Source: Candidatus Latescibacterota bacterium
Lineage (GTDB): Bacteria; Latescibacterota; UBA2968; UBA8231
Reading direction: 5' to 3'
Length of the DNA: 64,000 nt
Assembly: GCA_965200315.1 (NCBI GenBank)
Contig: OZ241362.1
Location: 3,008,001 to 3,072,000 of the forward strand
In this document: positions 51,310-59,519 of the stretch, piece after piece
Position numbering within the stretch: the stretch's first letter is position 1
How the letters are laid out: the number at the start of each line of letters is the position of its first letter
Notes under the pieces: generated by a model
What the model saw: only the letters and a program-made list of their open reading frames with translations
What the model was told of the DNA's origin: nothing
The model's database searches: none
Position numbers and translations under genes: made by a program

Positions 51310-51929
51310 CGATGTGGGCAAAAAATAATTCCGAATTTCTCGGGTTCCTCACCGGCGTTGACGACCGCGATGCCTTCTCAAAAACCCAGCGTTTCTCTGT
51401 CGTTAGGTCCCCCAATGTAAGTGACACAGCCGAGATAGAAAAGCCGCCAGAGGCTCAAAACGACGTTCTGGCACTGGTGTATGAAATTTTGGGGGTTTTG
51501 AGGAAGGAAGGAACGGGAAAAAGACTATCTGCGAGAGACTTACTGAATGTTCTCCAAGTAGATAGCCTCTTCTCGAAGGCGACTCGGTCGATGGTCAAGG
51601 TCGCCAGGTCTGACTCGCCGTTGCAAGGAGCGGTTCAGGGGCTTGTTACAGAAGCCTATATCGAACGGATCCGAAATGAATTTGTCGGCGAATTGGCGCG
51701 TTCCCTCAAAGTGTTTCGAGAACGCCTCGCAAAAGACCGTGCAAAGGATGATTGGCGGGAGGAGTTGGATCGCGGCGTCGTACTTTACGATGTCTTTCGG
51801 CCGAATCTCTGGGAGCTTTATCAGGAACTTTGGGGCAAATGGCGGGATGATATGGCGCGTATCGACGCCTTGGCTACACACGTACAGCGCATTGACGAGA
51901 CATTAAAGAGAGAGGAGAGAGACTCGTGA
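51306..51929 (+). CDS. Hypothetical helical protein of the dynamin operon
   Basis: GTGA overlaps with both the upstream stop and the downstream start. Confidence 0.75.
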   Translation: MTMWAKNNSEFLGFLTGVDDRDAFSKTQRFSVVRSPNVSDTAEIEKPPEAQNDVLALVYEILGVLRKEGTGKRLSARDLLNVLQVDSLFSKATRSMVKVARSDSPLQGAVQGLVTEAYIERIRNEFVGELARSLKVFRERLAKDRAKDDWREELDRGVVLYDVFRPNLWELYQELWGKWRDDMARIDALATHVQRIDETLKREERDS

Positions 51930-52942
51930 AGAAAACGGTGTTATTTGCATTCGGGGCTGTGTTCCCTTTGGTCGCCTTGGCTGTTTTAACCATCATCATG
52001 CCCTCTCTTGGGACGTGGGTTATCGTGATGGGGGTCTCTGTGATCGCAGGTGTATTTTTAGCACAGGCTAGACAGGAGTTGGGGAAGCTGCTCTTGAGTG
52101 TTCGCGAAGGGCTTGATGCAGGAACTCAGACGACACTAAAGGCATTGAGGGAGGAAAACAAAGAAAACAAAGCTACAAGAAGAGAGGCGAACAAAATTCT
52201 CGCTGAACGATTTGAACGTTTTTTCGAGGAGTACGGACAGCGGGACGCAGACTGGCGCACCAAGACGCTGGCCGAGTGGCAGTCCGTGACGCAGGCGTTG
52301 GCTTCGTCTTTTGAAAAGATGTTAGCGGATACGAGCTCTCGTCTCATAACGCTTGCCGAGCAAGAGCGAGTATTGCAAGAAGAAGCGGCAAAAGATAGGG
52401 CCGAGGCCATGCAGGCCGAAGCGAAACAAGTACGCAGTGAATTTGCCCAGCTCTGCGAGGCGACGAAAGAAGCGGTAGAACAACACGCAGCCGTAATTCA
52501 GGCGACGCAAAAGGTCATTGAGAACGTCGAGAATCATTTCGCCAAACAGCAGGCGAACACACTCACTGAGTGGCAGTCCGTGACGCAGGCGTTGGCTTCG
52601 TCTTTTGAGAAGAACCTCGCAACGCTTGCCGAGCGAGAGCGAGTATTACAAGAAAAAGCGGCGCAAGAGAGAACCGAGGCCATTGATGCTGGATTGGCGC
52701 AAATAAAAGAAATTTTTGCACTGGTTGAAGATGCACTCAACAAACTCAATGCAGAATTTGAAAAGGTGATTGGGGAGCTTCGCGCACTCGTTAAAGAAGA
52801 GACGCAAAGACAGCAGGAGCAGAAACGCGGTGACCGAGATCACCTCGAAAAAATGTTGGAAGTTCAACAAAAGGCCCATGACGAAGCTGCGGAACGCTCT
52901 GGGCAGTTGTGGGGCCGTTTGCTCGATCAACTGAAAAAGTAA
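51926..52942 (+). CDS. Membrane protein: two N-terminal TM helices + coiled coil with internal repeat
   Basis: Hydrophobic residues about 5-47; EWQSVTQALASSFEK twice (41-bp identical DNA at 52274-52314 and 52568-52608). Confidence 0.8.
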   Translation: MKKTVLFAFGAVFPLVALAVLTIIMPSLGTWVIVMGVSVIAGVFLAQARQELGKLLLSVREGLDAGTQTTLKALREENKENKATRREANKILAERFERFFEEYGQRDADWRTKTLAEWQSVTQALASSFEKMLADTSSRLITLAEQERVLQEEAAKDRAEAMQAEAKQVRSEFAQLCEATKEAVEQHAAVIQATQKVIENVENHFAKQQANTLTEWQSVTQALASSFEKNLATLAERERVLQEKAAQERTEAIDAGLAQIKEIFALVEDALNKLNAEFEKVIGELRALVKEETQRQQEQKRGDRDHLEKMLEVQQKAHDEAAERSGQLWGRLLDQLKK

Positions 52943-53340
52943 TGGCGGATCGTACCTTACATGAGAGGCTGCATTCGGAGCTTGCCACAACCGAGTTGAA
53001 GGCGGTACTGGCTGAAAATCCAAGGCTGTCAAGCCTCGTGGAGAATAGTATGCGCCGGGCGCGGGAGTTGGTTGAGCAAAGACGAGTGCTAGAGGCGCAG
53101 GTCTGGCTAGCGGGAATTACTGCGATCGTCGAACGCCGTCGCCGCGAGCGCGTTGCCGCCAAACAGCGTCAAGAAGAACGCATTGCAACTCTAGTGGAGA
53201 TCCTCGGTAGCGATCCGCCGGCCAAAGGTCTCGGTGGATTACTCTCCCATGCGGCAACTCTTCAGCCCGACACTACCAGAAAACTCCTCGATGTGGTCGA
53301 AAATGCGCTGACGTGCGCTGAGCCGAGGACGGCCCCCTAG
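52942..53340 (+). CDS. Hypothetical protein, last gene of the dynamin operon
   Basis: TAATG overlap; 132-aa helical protein ending 16 bp before the right direct repeat. Confidence 0.7.
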   Translation: MADRTLHERLHSELATTELKAVLAENPRLSSLVENSMRRARELVEQRRVLEAQVWLAGITAIVERRRRERVAAKQRQEERIATLVEILGSDPPAKGLGGLLSHAATLQPDTTRKLLDVVENALTCAEPRTAP

Positions 53341-53356
53341 ACGACGGACGCGCTGA

Positions 53357-53422
53357 GCGGCCCCGCAGCTACCCTTCAAAAGCAAGTACCCGCAGCGGAA
53401 TGGCGTCGGTTTCGGCGGCCGG
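53357..53422. repeat. 66-bp direct repeat, right island boundary (cyclase 3' end)
   Basis: Identical to 42803-42868; includes the cyclase stop codon. Confidence 0.95.
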
Positions 53423-54031
53423 CAGCGGCTGGGCGAAAAGGTAAACGCGAGGTTGTCGCAGAGAGGCCAAGCGGTCCAAGCTCTCGATTAGGGGGATGCC
53501 GTGCGCGAAGAGCAGGTGGTGGTTGGGCAGGCTGCGGTCACCCGGAATATCTAGACCGGGGGTGTCGATGCCGAGCAGTTTAACGCCAGCTTCGACGAGC
53601 CAGCGCAGGGCTGCGGTCGTGGGGTAAGGCGGATAAGAACCAGCGGTAGCCCGTTGATCCCAATCAAAGCGAAAGAGGGCGATGTCTCCCGGGCGGACGC
53701 CTCCGCTTGGGGCGGCCCGTTGGAATTGTTCCGGCGAGAGCGGCTCGCCCAGCGGCGCATCGCTAAAGTCGAAGACAATGGCCTCGCCAAAAAAGCGCTC
53801 GACATCGAGATCGGCGATGGCCGGGCCGTCTTGGACGGCGTGTAAAGGCCCTTCGACATGAGTGCCGGCGTGACCGCCCATTTCGATGTTGGTGGTGATA
53901 TACCAGCGGTCGGTCGGCGGATCATCGACGGGTACGCGCACCGTGCGGTAGTGGATGAGGCGGCCTTCCGACGGCGCAATAGTCCGCGAAAGGTCTACCA
54001 TGCGGCTGTAGGCGAAGGAAGGAACCTTCAC
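53369..54031 (-). CDS. Cyclase family (kynurenine formamidase-like) metal hydrolase
   Basis: HAGTHVEGPLH, LLGIDT, HHLLF...IE.L. Confidence 0.9.
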   Translation of the reverse strand: MKVPSFAYSRMVDLSRTIAPSEGRLIHYRTVRVPVDDPPTDRWYITTNIEMGGHAGTHVEGPLHAVQDGPAIADLDVERFFGEAIVFDFSDAPLGEPLSPEQFQRAAPSGGVRPGDIALFRFDWDQRATAGSYPPYPTTAALRWLVEAGVKLLGIDTPGLDIPGDRSLPNHHLLFAHGIPLIESLDRLASLRQPRVYLFAQPLPAAETDAIPLRVLAFEG

Positions 54032-54807
54032 GCGATGACCTTTTTGAGGGCGATAGCGGTCTCGCCGTCGTCGGTGTATGCTGGCAGTGCGCCGCTCAAG
54101 GTTACGCGGCCATCGTAGCCGGATGCGCGTAAGGTGTGTAGAAAGAGCGCGTGGTCGGCCGGCGTGGTTTGCGGTCGGCCGCGCCCCGGCTCGGCGATGT
54201 GGGCGTGAATAAGGTGCGGCCCGGCTTGTTTGAGCGCGTCGAAGGACTCGCCGTTGAGCTTCATGTGAAAGAAGTCGGCCATTAGCTTGGCATGAGAACG
54301 GTCAACTTCCTGTATAAACTCGGTCGCTTCAGAAACGGTATTGAGCAGATTGGCGTCGTCGCGGTTGTAAGGTTCAAGCGCCACCTTGACGCCCCGCGGC
54401 TCGCCGAGGTCGGCGCACAGGTGCAAGAAGTCGGCGACTTGTTGGCGAGCTATGTTGCGGTCGAAACCGTCGGGCACCCAGCGCGAGCCGCCGCTGCCGT
54501 AGCCGATGACCTCAACGCCGGCCCGCTGCATCCGGTCGAAGACCTGCGTCACAAAAGTACGCAGCCGTTCCAAGCTCACGTCGGGGCCGACGACCATTAG
54601 CCCGCGCCTCTGCGGATCGCCAATAAAACCGCACATCGTCTTCATCTGGAGCGGGTGCTTTTCCAAAAGTGCCAAGAATTCGCGCTCGGCCTGTGGGGCG
54701 TCAGCATCGATGCCGAGCAGACCGGGGAAGCCTTCGAGATAGTCGAAATCCCAATCGGCAGACTCTTCAAGCTCCCGAAGATTGGTAACTAAGAGGCCGA
54801 TCTGCAT
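54028..54807 (-). CDS. Sugar phosphate isomerase/epimerase
   Basis: GSGGSR, LEPYNR, ADFFHM, HAHIAE. Confidence 0.88.
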   Translation of the reverse strand: MQIGLLVTNLRELEESADWDFDYLEGFPGLLGIDADAPQAEREFLALLEKHPLQMKTMCGFIGDPQRRGLMVVGPDVSLERLRTFVTQVFDRMQRAGVEVIGYGSGGSRWVPDGFDRNIARQQVADFLHLCADLGEPRGVKVALEPYNRDDANLLNTVSEATEFIQEVDRSHAKLMADFFHMKLNGESFDALKQAGPHLIHAHIAEPGRGRPQTTPADHALFLHTLRASGYDGRVTLSGALPAYTDDGETAIALKKVIA

Positions 54808-54809
54808 GA

Positions 54810-55898
54810 CTATTTGCTCCGGATCCAGCTCATGCCCTCGCCGCGCACCAAAAAGGAGCGCTCGTCCCAATGGCCGGGCCGGGTGACGGGTATACGCCCC
54901 TCCTCGACGGCCACGTCGAGCGGGTTGTCGCGGGTTTGCAGCGGCAGAGCCACGCGCTCGTGCAGCCTAGCCGACTCATAGACGCCCATCATGATCTCGG
55001 TGGCGGCCTTGCCGTGCTCGGCCTTGCCGTAGTAGTCCTCGAAGTCGCCCTCGATCCAGCGGCAAATCCCGTAGGCCTGATCGACAAAGGCGTTGCCGTA
55101 GCCGCTGGCCTTGTCGGTGGGTTCAAAGTCTTGCCAGCCGCCGGAGGTAGCCGTCATGTAGCGCAGGCTGTTGTCGCTGACAACCATCATGCCGTCTTCG
55201 CCGTAAATGGTGGCACCCACCTGATATATATCGTTCATCTCGTTTTCGATCACGCCCTCGACCCCATTGGGATAGCCGATGATCCCCACACAGCGGTCTT
55301 CGACCCGGTGGCCGAAGACGAAGTGGTCGGTGTGGCGCTCGACCGAGCCCATGACCCACTCGGCCTGTGGATCGCCGAGGGCGTAGAGCTGGAAGTCGAT
55401 GCAGTGAGTGCCAGTGTTCATCATCCCGGCCTTGACCGCCGACCACAACCGCTGCGGCTTGCCGATGGCTCCGTCGGCGATCATCCGCCGTGCCTCGCGC
55501 CAACAAGAGTAAAAACGGCGTTGGTGGCCGATGGCGAGCTTGACGTCGTTGCGCTCTGCGGCGATGACCATGGCCTCGGCCTCGCCCAAGGAGACGGCCA
55601 TGGGCTTTTCGCAGAGCACGGCTTTGGGACGCCGAGCGCAGGCGGCGATGGACATTTCCGCATGCTGGGGATCCCAAGAGCAAACGCTGACGATGTCGAG
55701 GTTTTCCATGTTGAGCATTTCTCGGTAGTCGAGGTACTGCTTTTCGACGTGGAAATCCGCGGCGTAGCTGGCCAAGGCTTCGGGGTGGGAGTCGGCACAG
55801 GCGACGATTTCAGTGTGTTCGCACTCGGCCCAGCCGCGGCCGTGCTCGCGGGCAATGCGACCGGAGGCAATGACGCCGACGCGATACTTGGCAGGCAT
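54810..55898 (-). CDS. Gfo/Idh/MocA oxidoreductase
   Basis: CEKPMA, GHQRRF, GTHCID. Confidence 0.92.
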   Translation of the reverse strand: MPAKYRVGVIASGRIAREHGRGWAECEHTEIVACADSHPEALASYAADFHVEKQYLDYREMLNMENLDIVSVCSWDPQHAEMSIAACARRPKAVLCEKPMAVSLGEAEAMVIAAERNDVKLAIGHQRRFYSCWREARRMIADGAIGKPQRLWSAVKAGMMNTGTHCIDFQLYALGDPQAEWVMGSVERHTDHFVFGHRVEDRCVGIIGYPNGVEGVIENEMNDIYQVGATIYGEDGMMVVSDNSLRYMTATSGGWQDFEPTDKASGYGNAFVDQAYGICRWIEGDFEDYYGKAEHGKAATEIMMGVYESARLHERVALPLQTRDNPLDVAVEEGRIPVTRPGHWDERSFLVRGEGMSWIRSK

Positions 55899-55900
55899 CG

Positions 55901-56815
55901 CTACTTGGCGTCGCCTAGGTGCATCAGCGGCAGTGGTGCAGGGCTGTCGCCATCGATGAAATAGACCTTGGCGGCCGGATCTTTGGAAATAGCTTCAAGG
56001 GACTTGAGCGCTTGGAGCTTGACGTAGTTGGGATTGCGGCCGATGGCGTCGTTGATCTTGGTAATTTCGTACGCTTGGGCGTCGGCGAGTAGGCGGCGCT
56101 TTTCGGCCTCGGCCTCGGCGGCGTTCTTTTCGGCCTCGGCGGCGGCAACTATCTGTTCCTGCTCGGTGGTGAAGCGCTCCAACTCGGCCTTTTGCTTTTC
56201 GACTTCCTGCTCGCGCTCTTTTTTGGCCTCAATAGCCTTGGTGATAAAGGGCGGCAGGGAGATGTCGCGGATCAACACGGCCTCTACGTCAACCCCTTTG
56301 GGAGCGAGATAATCCTTCAGCCCTTCGAGCAGAGCCGTTTGCAAAGTGGTCTGTGTCTCTTCCAAAAAGAAGTCCTCGGCGCGCTTGATGGTCTTGCCCT
56401 GCTCGCGGATGAGTGAGCGCAGCTTGGGCACGATGTGTACAGAGCGCACGTTTTCAAAACCGCCCGTCTCCTGTAAGATGCGCGGCGTGTCGGCCGATAT
56501 GAGACGGTACTGAACGCTGACGTCGATCTTGGTCTGTAGCTGATCTTGGCTGGGGACACTGGAGGTTTCGGAGTGCGTCTTTTGGCGCACGTCGAAGAGG
56601 GACCATTCGTAGAGGGGGTTGACGGGGATGTGCAGGCCCTCGCCGAAGTGCTTGAACTGGACTTCGCCGAAGAGGGTGGCGACGGCCACATGGCCGGCCG
56701 GGACGCTTTGTAAGAAGCGCGGACTGACGAGGAATAGGACGAAGACAGCGGCGATGATGCCGAGGATGGACTTAGGGAGCTGGATCATGGGGGGCCTCCT
56801 TACGGGCTCGGACAT
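55901..56815 (-). CDS. SPFH/prohibitin (band 7) family protein
   Basis: N-terminal TM, VPAGHVAV, EGLH..NP, DVSVQYRL, coiled-coil AEAE tail. Confidence 0.9.
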   Translation of the reverse strand: MSEPVRRPPMIQLPKSILGIIAAVFVLFLVSPRFLQSVPAGHVAVATLFGEVQFKHFGEGLHIPVNPLYEWSLFDVRQKTHSETSSVPSQDQLQTKIDVSVQYRLISADTPRILQETGGFENVRSVHIVPKLRSLIREQGKTIKRAEDFFLEETQTTLQTALLEGLKDYLAPKGVDVEAVLIRDISLPPFITKAIEAKKEREQEVEKQKAELERFTTEQEQIVAAAEAEKNAAEAEAEKRRLLADAQAYEITKINDAIGRNPNYVKLQALKSLEAISKDPAAKVYFIDGDSPAPLPLMHLGDAK

Positions 56816-56939
56816 TTTTACCTGCCTTTGATGGGGTTGGAGAAATTAATAGCCTAGAAGGTAAATCCTCCACCTGAAAATGTCCATAAAAGCACCCAAG
56901 ACCAAATACTCGGCAGTAGGATGGCTAGGTAAAAATGCA

Positions 56940-57330
56940 AAGCCCCGCCGCGCCGCTCGGTGCGGTGAATGGTGAGATAGCCGGTCTGGAACAAGCGTGC
57001 TTCGGTGGCGATGGCGTCCACATCGAAGGTCGACAACAGATCGCTGCTGCCCACCATGTCATCTAGCGCTAGGGAGCTTACCCGCCGCTCAAACAGGGTT
57101 TCGACTAGGAACGCCGGTGTGCCGGTCTCGAACCAGTAGGCACCGAACTCGCGGTTGCGGAACAGCAGCAGCACGTCGAAGGGGTTGTACACCTTCTCCT
57201 CGCCGAGCGTTTCGGGCCTCGTCGAGCTCTGCCGAGACGCTGAGCTCAACGTCGAAGCCCAGTTGTAGCCGTTGTACTAGGTGCCGATCTCGTCCCGGTT
57301 GAGGCCCGGAAGCTCCGGGGCGAACACGCG
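56940..57330 (-). pseudogene. AAA-ATPase-like/PD-(D/E)XK protein internal remnant
   Basis: YNGYNW...VYNPFDVLL...YWFETGTP...LFQTGYLTI; in-frame stop and both ends missing. Confidence 0.8.
57208..57258 (-). repeat. Nested palindromic in-frame insertion (24-bp element inside a 27-bp element)
   Basis: 51 bp between the YNW and LGEEKVYNPF codons; inner GTCTCGGCAGAGCTCGACGAGGCC at 57215-57238. Confidence 0.65.
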
Positions 57331-57415
57331 TTTACCCAACTTTTTGAAAATGTACACCCCAAATCAGCGCAGAGCATTGACGGAAAAAATGACTAGCTAC
57401 CAAATAACTCACTGA

Positions 57416-57668
57416 TATAGTAATCCTACATCATTCACAAGATGAGCCGCAGATGGCCGCAGCATAGTATTCACGAGACGATCCATATCTCGAATCGTTC
57501 AAAGCATTCCGGGTTGCTATATAGCAAGCCTACATGACTTGCGGAGCTTGCCGGGTTGTGCTCTCATCGAGCTTGGCCCGGCCGGTGCTTGGTGGTTCGT
57601 GCGTCCTTGGGGGGCCGGCCAGCGGCGGCCTACGGGCGAGACGCCCGCGCACCCAGCCATGCGCCGCA
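57416..57668. mobile_element. MITE-like stack homologous to 23870-24136
   Basis: First unit in the same orientation as 23870-23970, second unit inverted relative to 23995-24136. Confidence 0.75.
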
Positions 57669-58139
57669 GTTTGCTGAGGAAGCCATTGGTAGAAGGTGCT
57701 TCGACGCCGCGGCTCAGCGTTTATCTTGAGCGACGCCGAAAGGCTCAGCATGACAGGCGCATTATAATGCCGGGCGTAACGTCAGTAACTCAATTCGCTG
57801 TGACTAAAGTGCCTCGTCCGTCCATACCGGCAGCGGTCCTTTACCAGAGAGTTCTTCGTATACAACGGACGCGCCATTCGTAGTCGTTATAGGCATTGAT
57901 TGTATCTCCACCGATGATTTACCCCAGAAAAGTAGCTTGCTGAGGACAATGCGTCAGCAGCCCCCGTTTCCATGAAATTCCGTCGAGATATATTGTATCG
58001 CTAGAACGCATCGCCGGGCAAAAGTACCGTCAATTATGCCGACCCAGCGCATCTTGCTCTGCGGGTTCAAACAATGGAACTGGGTTGACATGATATCCTT
58101 AGAAGTCGTTTCTACATTGAGCAATTCGACCGATGGCCC

Positions 58140-59519
58140 ATGCTCCTGACGATCTCCACAACCCATCAGCCCGCCACGGACTTGGGCTACCTCCTGCACA
58201 AGCACCCAAGCCGCGCCCAAGCCCTCGATCTGCCCTTTGGGACGGCGCACATCTTCTATCCAGACGCCTCGTCTGAGCGATGCACGGCCGCGTTGCTCCT
58301 CGACATAGACTCAACCGCGCTCAAGCGGTGCTCGGCATCCCCGGACTTCGCGCTGGCGTCCTATGTCAACGACCGTCCGTACGCGGCCTCTTCTTTTACT
58401 AGCGTAGCCATTGCCCGAGTGTTTACCTCGGCCTTGAACGGACAGTGCCGAGAACGGGCCGAGCTAGTGGAAAAGGCCCTGCCGCTGCGAGTTGGCATTA
58501 GCGTGCTGCCCTGCCGGGGAGGCGAGGACTTGTTGCGCGATCTCTTTGAGCCGTTGGGGTATGCAGTAGAGGCGAGGGGCTTCTTGCTCGACGAGCATTT
58601 TCCAGAGTGGGGGAACAGCCCCTATTACGAGGTCGAGCTGGAGTGCGTGCGGCCGTTAAAAGAAGTGCTGGCGCATCTGTACGTGTTGATACCGGTGCTC
58701 GACGACGAGAAACACTACTATGTGGGGGAGGAAGAGATCGACAAGCTGATGAGGCGCGGCGGAAAATGGCTGGCAAGCCACCCGCTGCGCGACGTGGTCG
58801 TCGAGCGCTACCTAAAGCACCAGCGAGGTCTGAAGCAGGCCGCACTGTCGCGGCTTTTGGTAGAGGAAGCAGGGGAGGCCAAAAATCAAGCAGGCGAAGA
58901 GGCACTTGAAGCGGAGCTGAGCTTGAACCAACAGCGCTTGGCCGCCGTGTTCGAGGTGCTCAAGACGAGCGGTGCCCGGCGGGTGCTGGACCTCGGCTGT
59001 GGGGAGGGGCGGCTGCTCGCGCTGTTGGCGGCGGAAGTGCAGTTTACCCAAGTGGCGGGAATGGATGTGTCGCCGCAAGCCCTGTCGCGTGCTCGTCGGC
59101 GGTTAGAGAGGTTGCCGCGTGGCGAGCAGGTCGCAGTTTTTCAAGGGTCGCTGGCCTACCGCGACGTCCGGCTGAGCGGATACGACGCCGCGGTGCTGAT
59201 GGAGGTCGTTGAGCATTTGGATCCGCCGCAGCTACGAGCCTGCGAGCAGGCCGTGTTTGAGTTCGCCCGCCCCGCTACGGTGGTGATAACCACCCCCAAC
59301 GCCGAATACAACGCCCATTGGGACGCGCTGCCGGCCGGTGCTTTTCGCCATCCCGACCACCGCTTTGAGTGGCCGCGAGCGGAATTTGGGGCGTGGGCCG
59401 AGGAGGTGGGGACGCGCTATGGATATGCCGTGCGCATCGCGCCCGTCGGTCCAGAGGCCCCCAAGCTAGGGGCGCCGACGCAGATGGCGATTTTCTCTGC
59501 GGAGGGCGCAGGTGGCTGA
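58140..59519 (+). CDS. hen1: 3'-terminal RNA 2'-O-methyltransferase Hen1
   Basis: MLLTISTTHQPATDLGYLLHKHP, YVNDRPY, VLDLGCGEG, EVVEHLD, TPNAEYN, FRHPDHRFEW. Confidence 0.96.
   Translation: MLLTISTTHQPATDLGYLLHKHPSRAQALDLPFGTAHIFYPDASSERCTAALLLDIDSTALKRCSASPDFALASYVNDRPYAASSFTSVAIARVFTSALNGQCRERAELVEKALPLRVGISVLPCRGGEDLLRDLFEPLGYAVEARGFLLDEHFPEWGNSPYYEVELECVRPLKEVLAHLYVLIPVLDDEKHYYVGEEEIDKLMRRGGKWLASHPLRDVVVERYLKHQRGLKQAALSRLLVEEAGEAKNQAGEEALEAELSLNQQRLAAVFEVLKTSGARRVLDLGCGEGRLLALLAAEVQFTQVAGMDVSPQALSRARRRLERLPRGEQVAVFQGSLAYRDVRLSGYDAAVLMEVVEHLDPPQLRACEQAVFEFARPATVVITTPNAEYNAHWDALPAGAFRHPDHRFEWPRAEFGAWAEEVGTRYGYAVRIAPVGPEAPKLGAPTQMAIFSAEGAGG

Larger units (their letters stand above)
42869..53356. 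mobile_element. About 10.5-kb genomic island inserted at the 3' end of the cyclase gene; no integrase present
   Basis: Perfect flanking 66-bp direct repeats, visibly lower GC, IS remnant at the left end. Confidence 0.85.

Noticed and set aside
54870-55964. 364-aa plus-strand ORF
   Set aside because: Antisense shadow of the Gfo/Idh/MocA gene, common in GC-rich DNA
58085-58120. TTGACA promoter for hen1
   Set aside because: No convincing -10 element at 16-18 bp spacing
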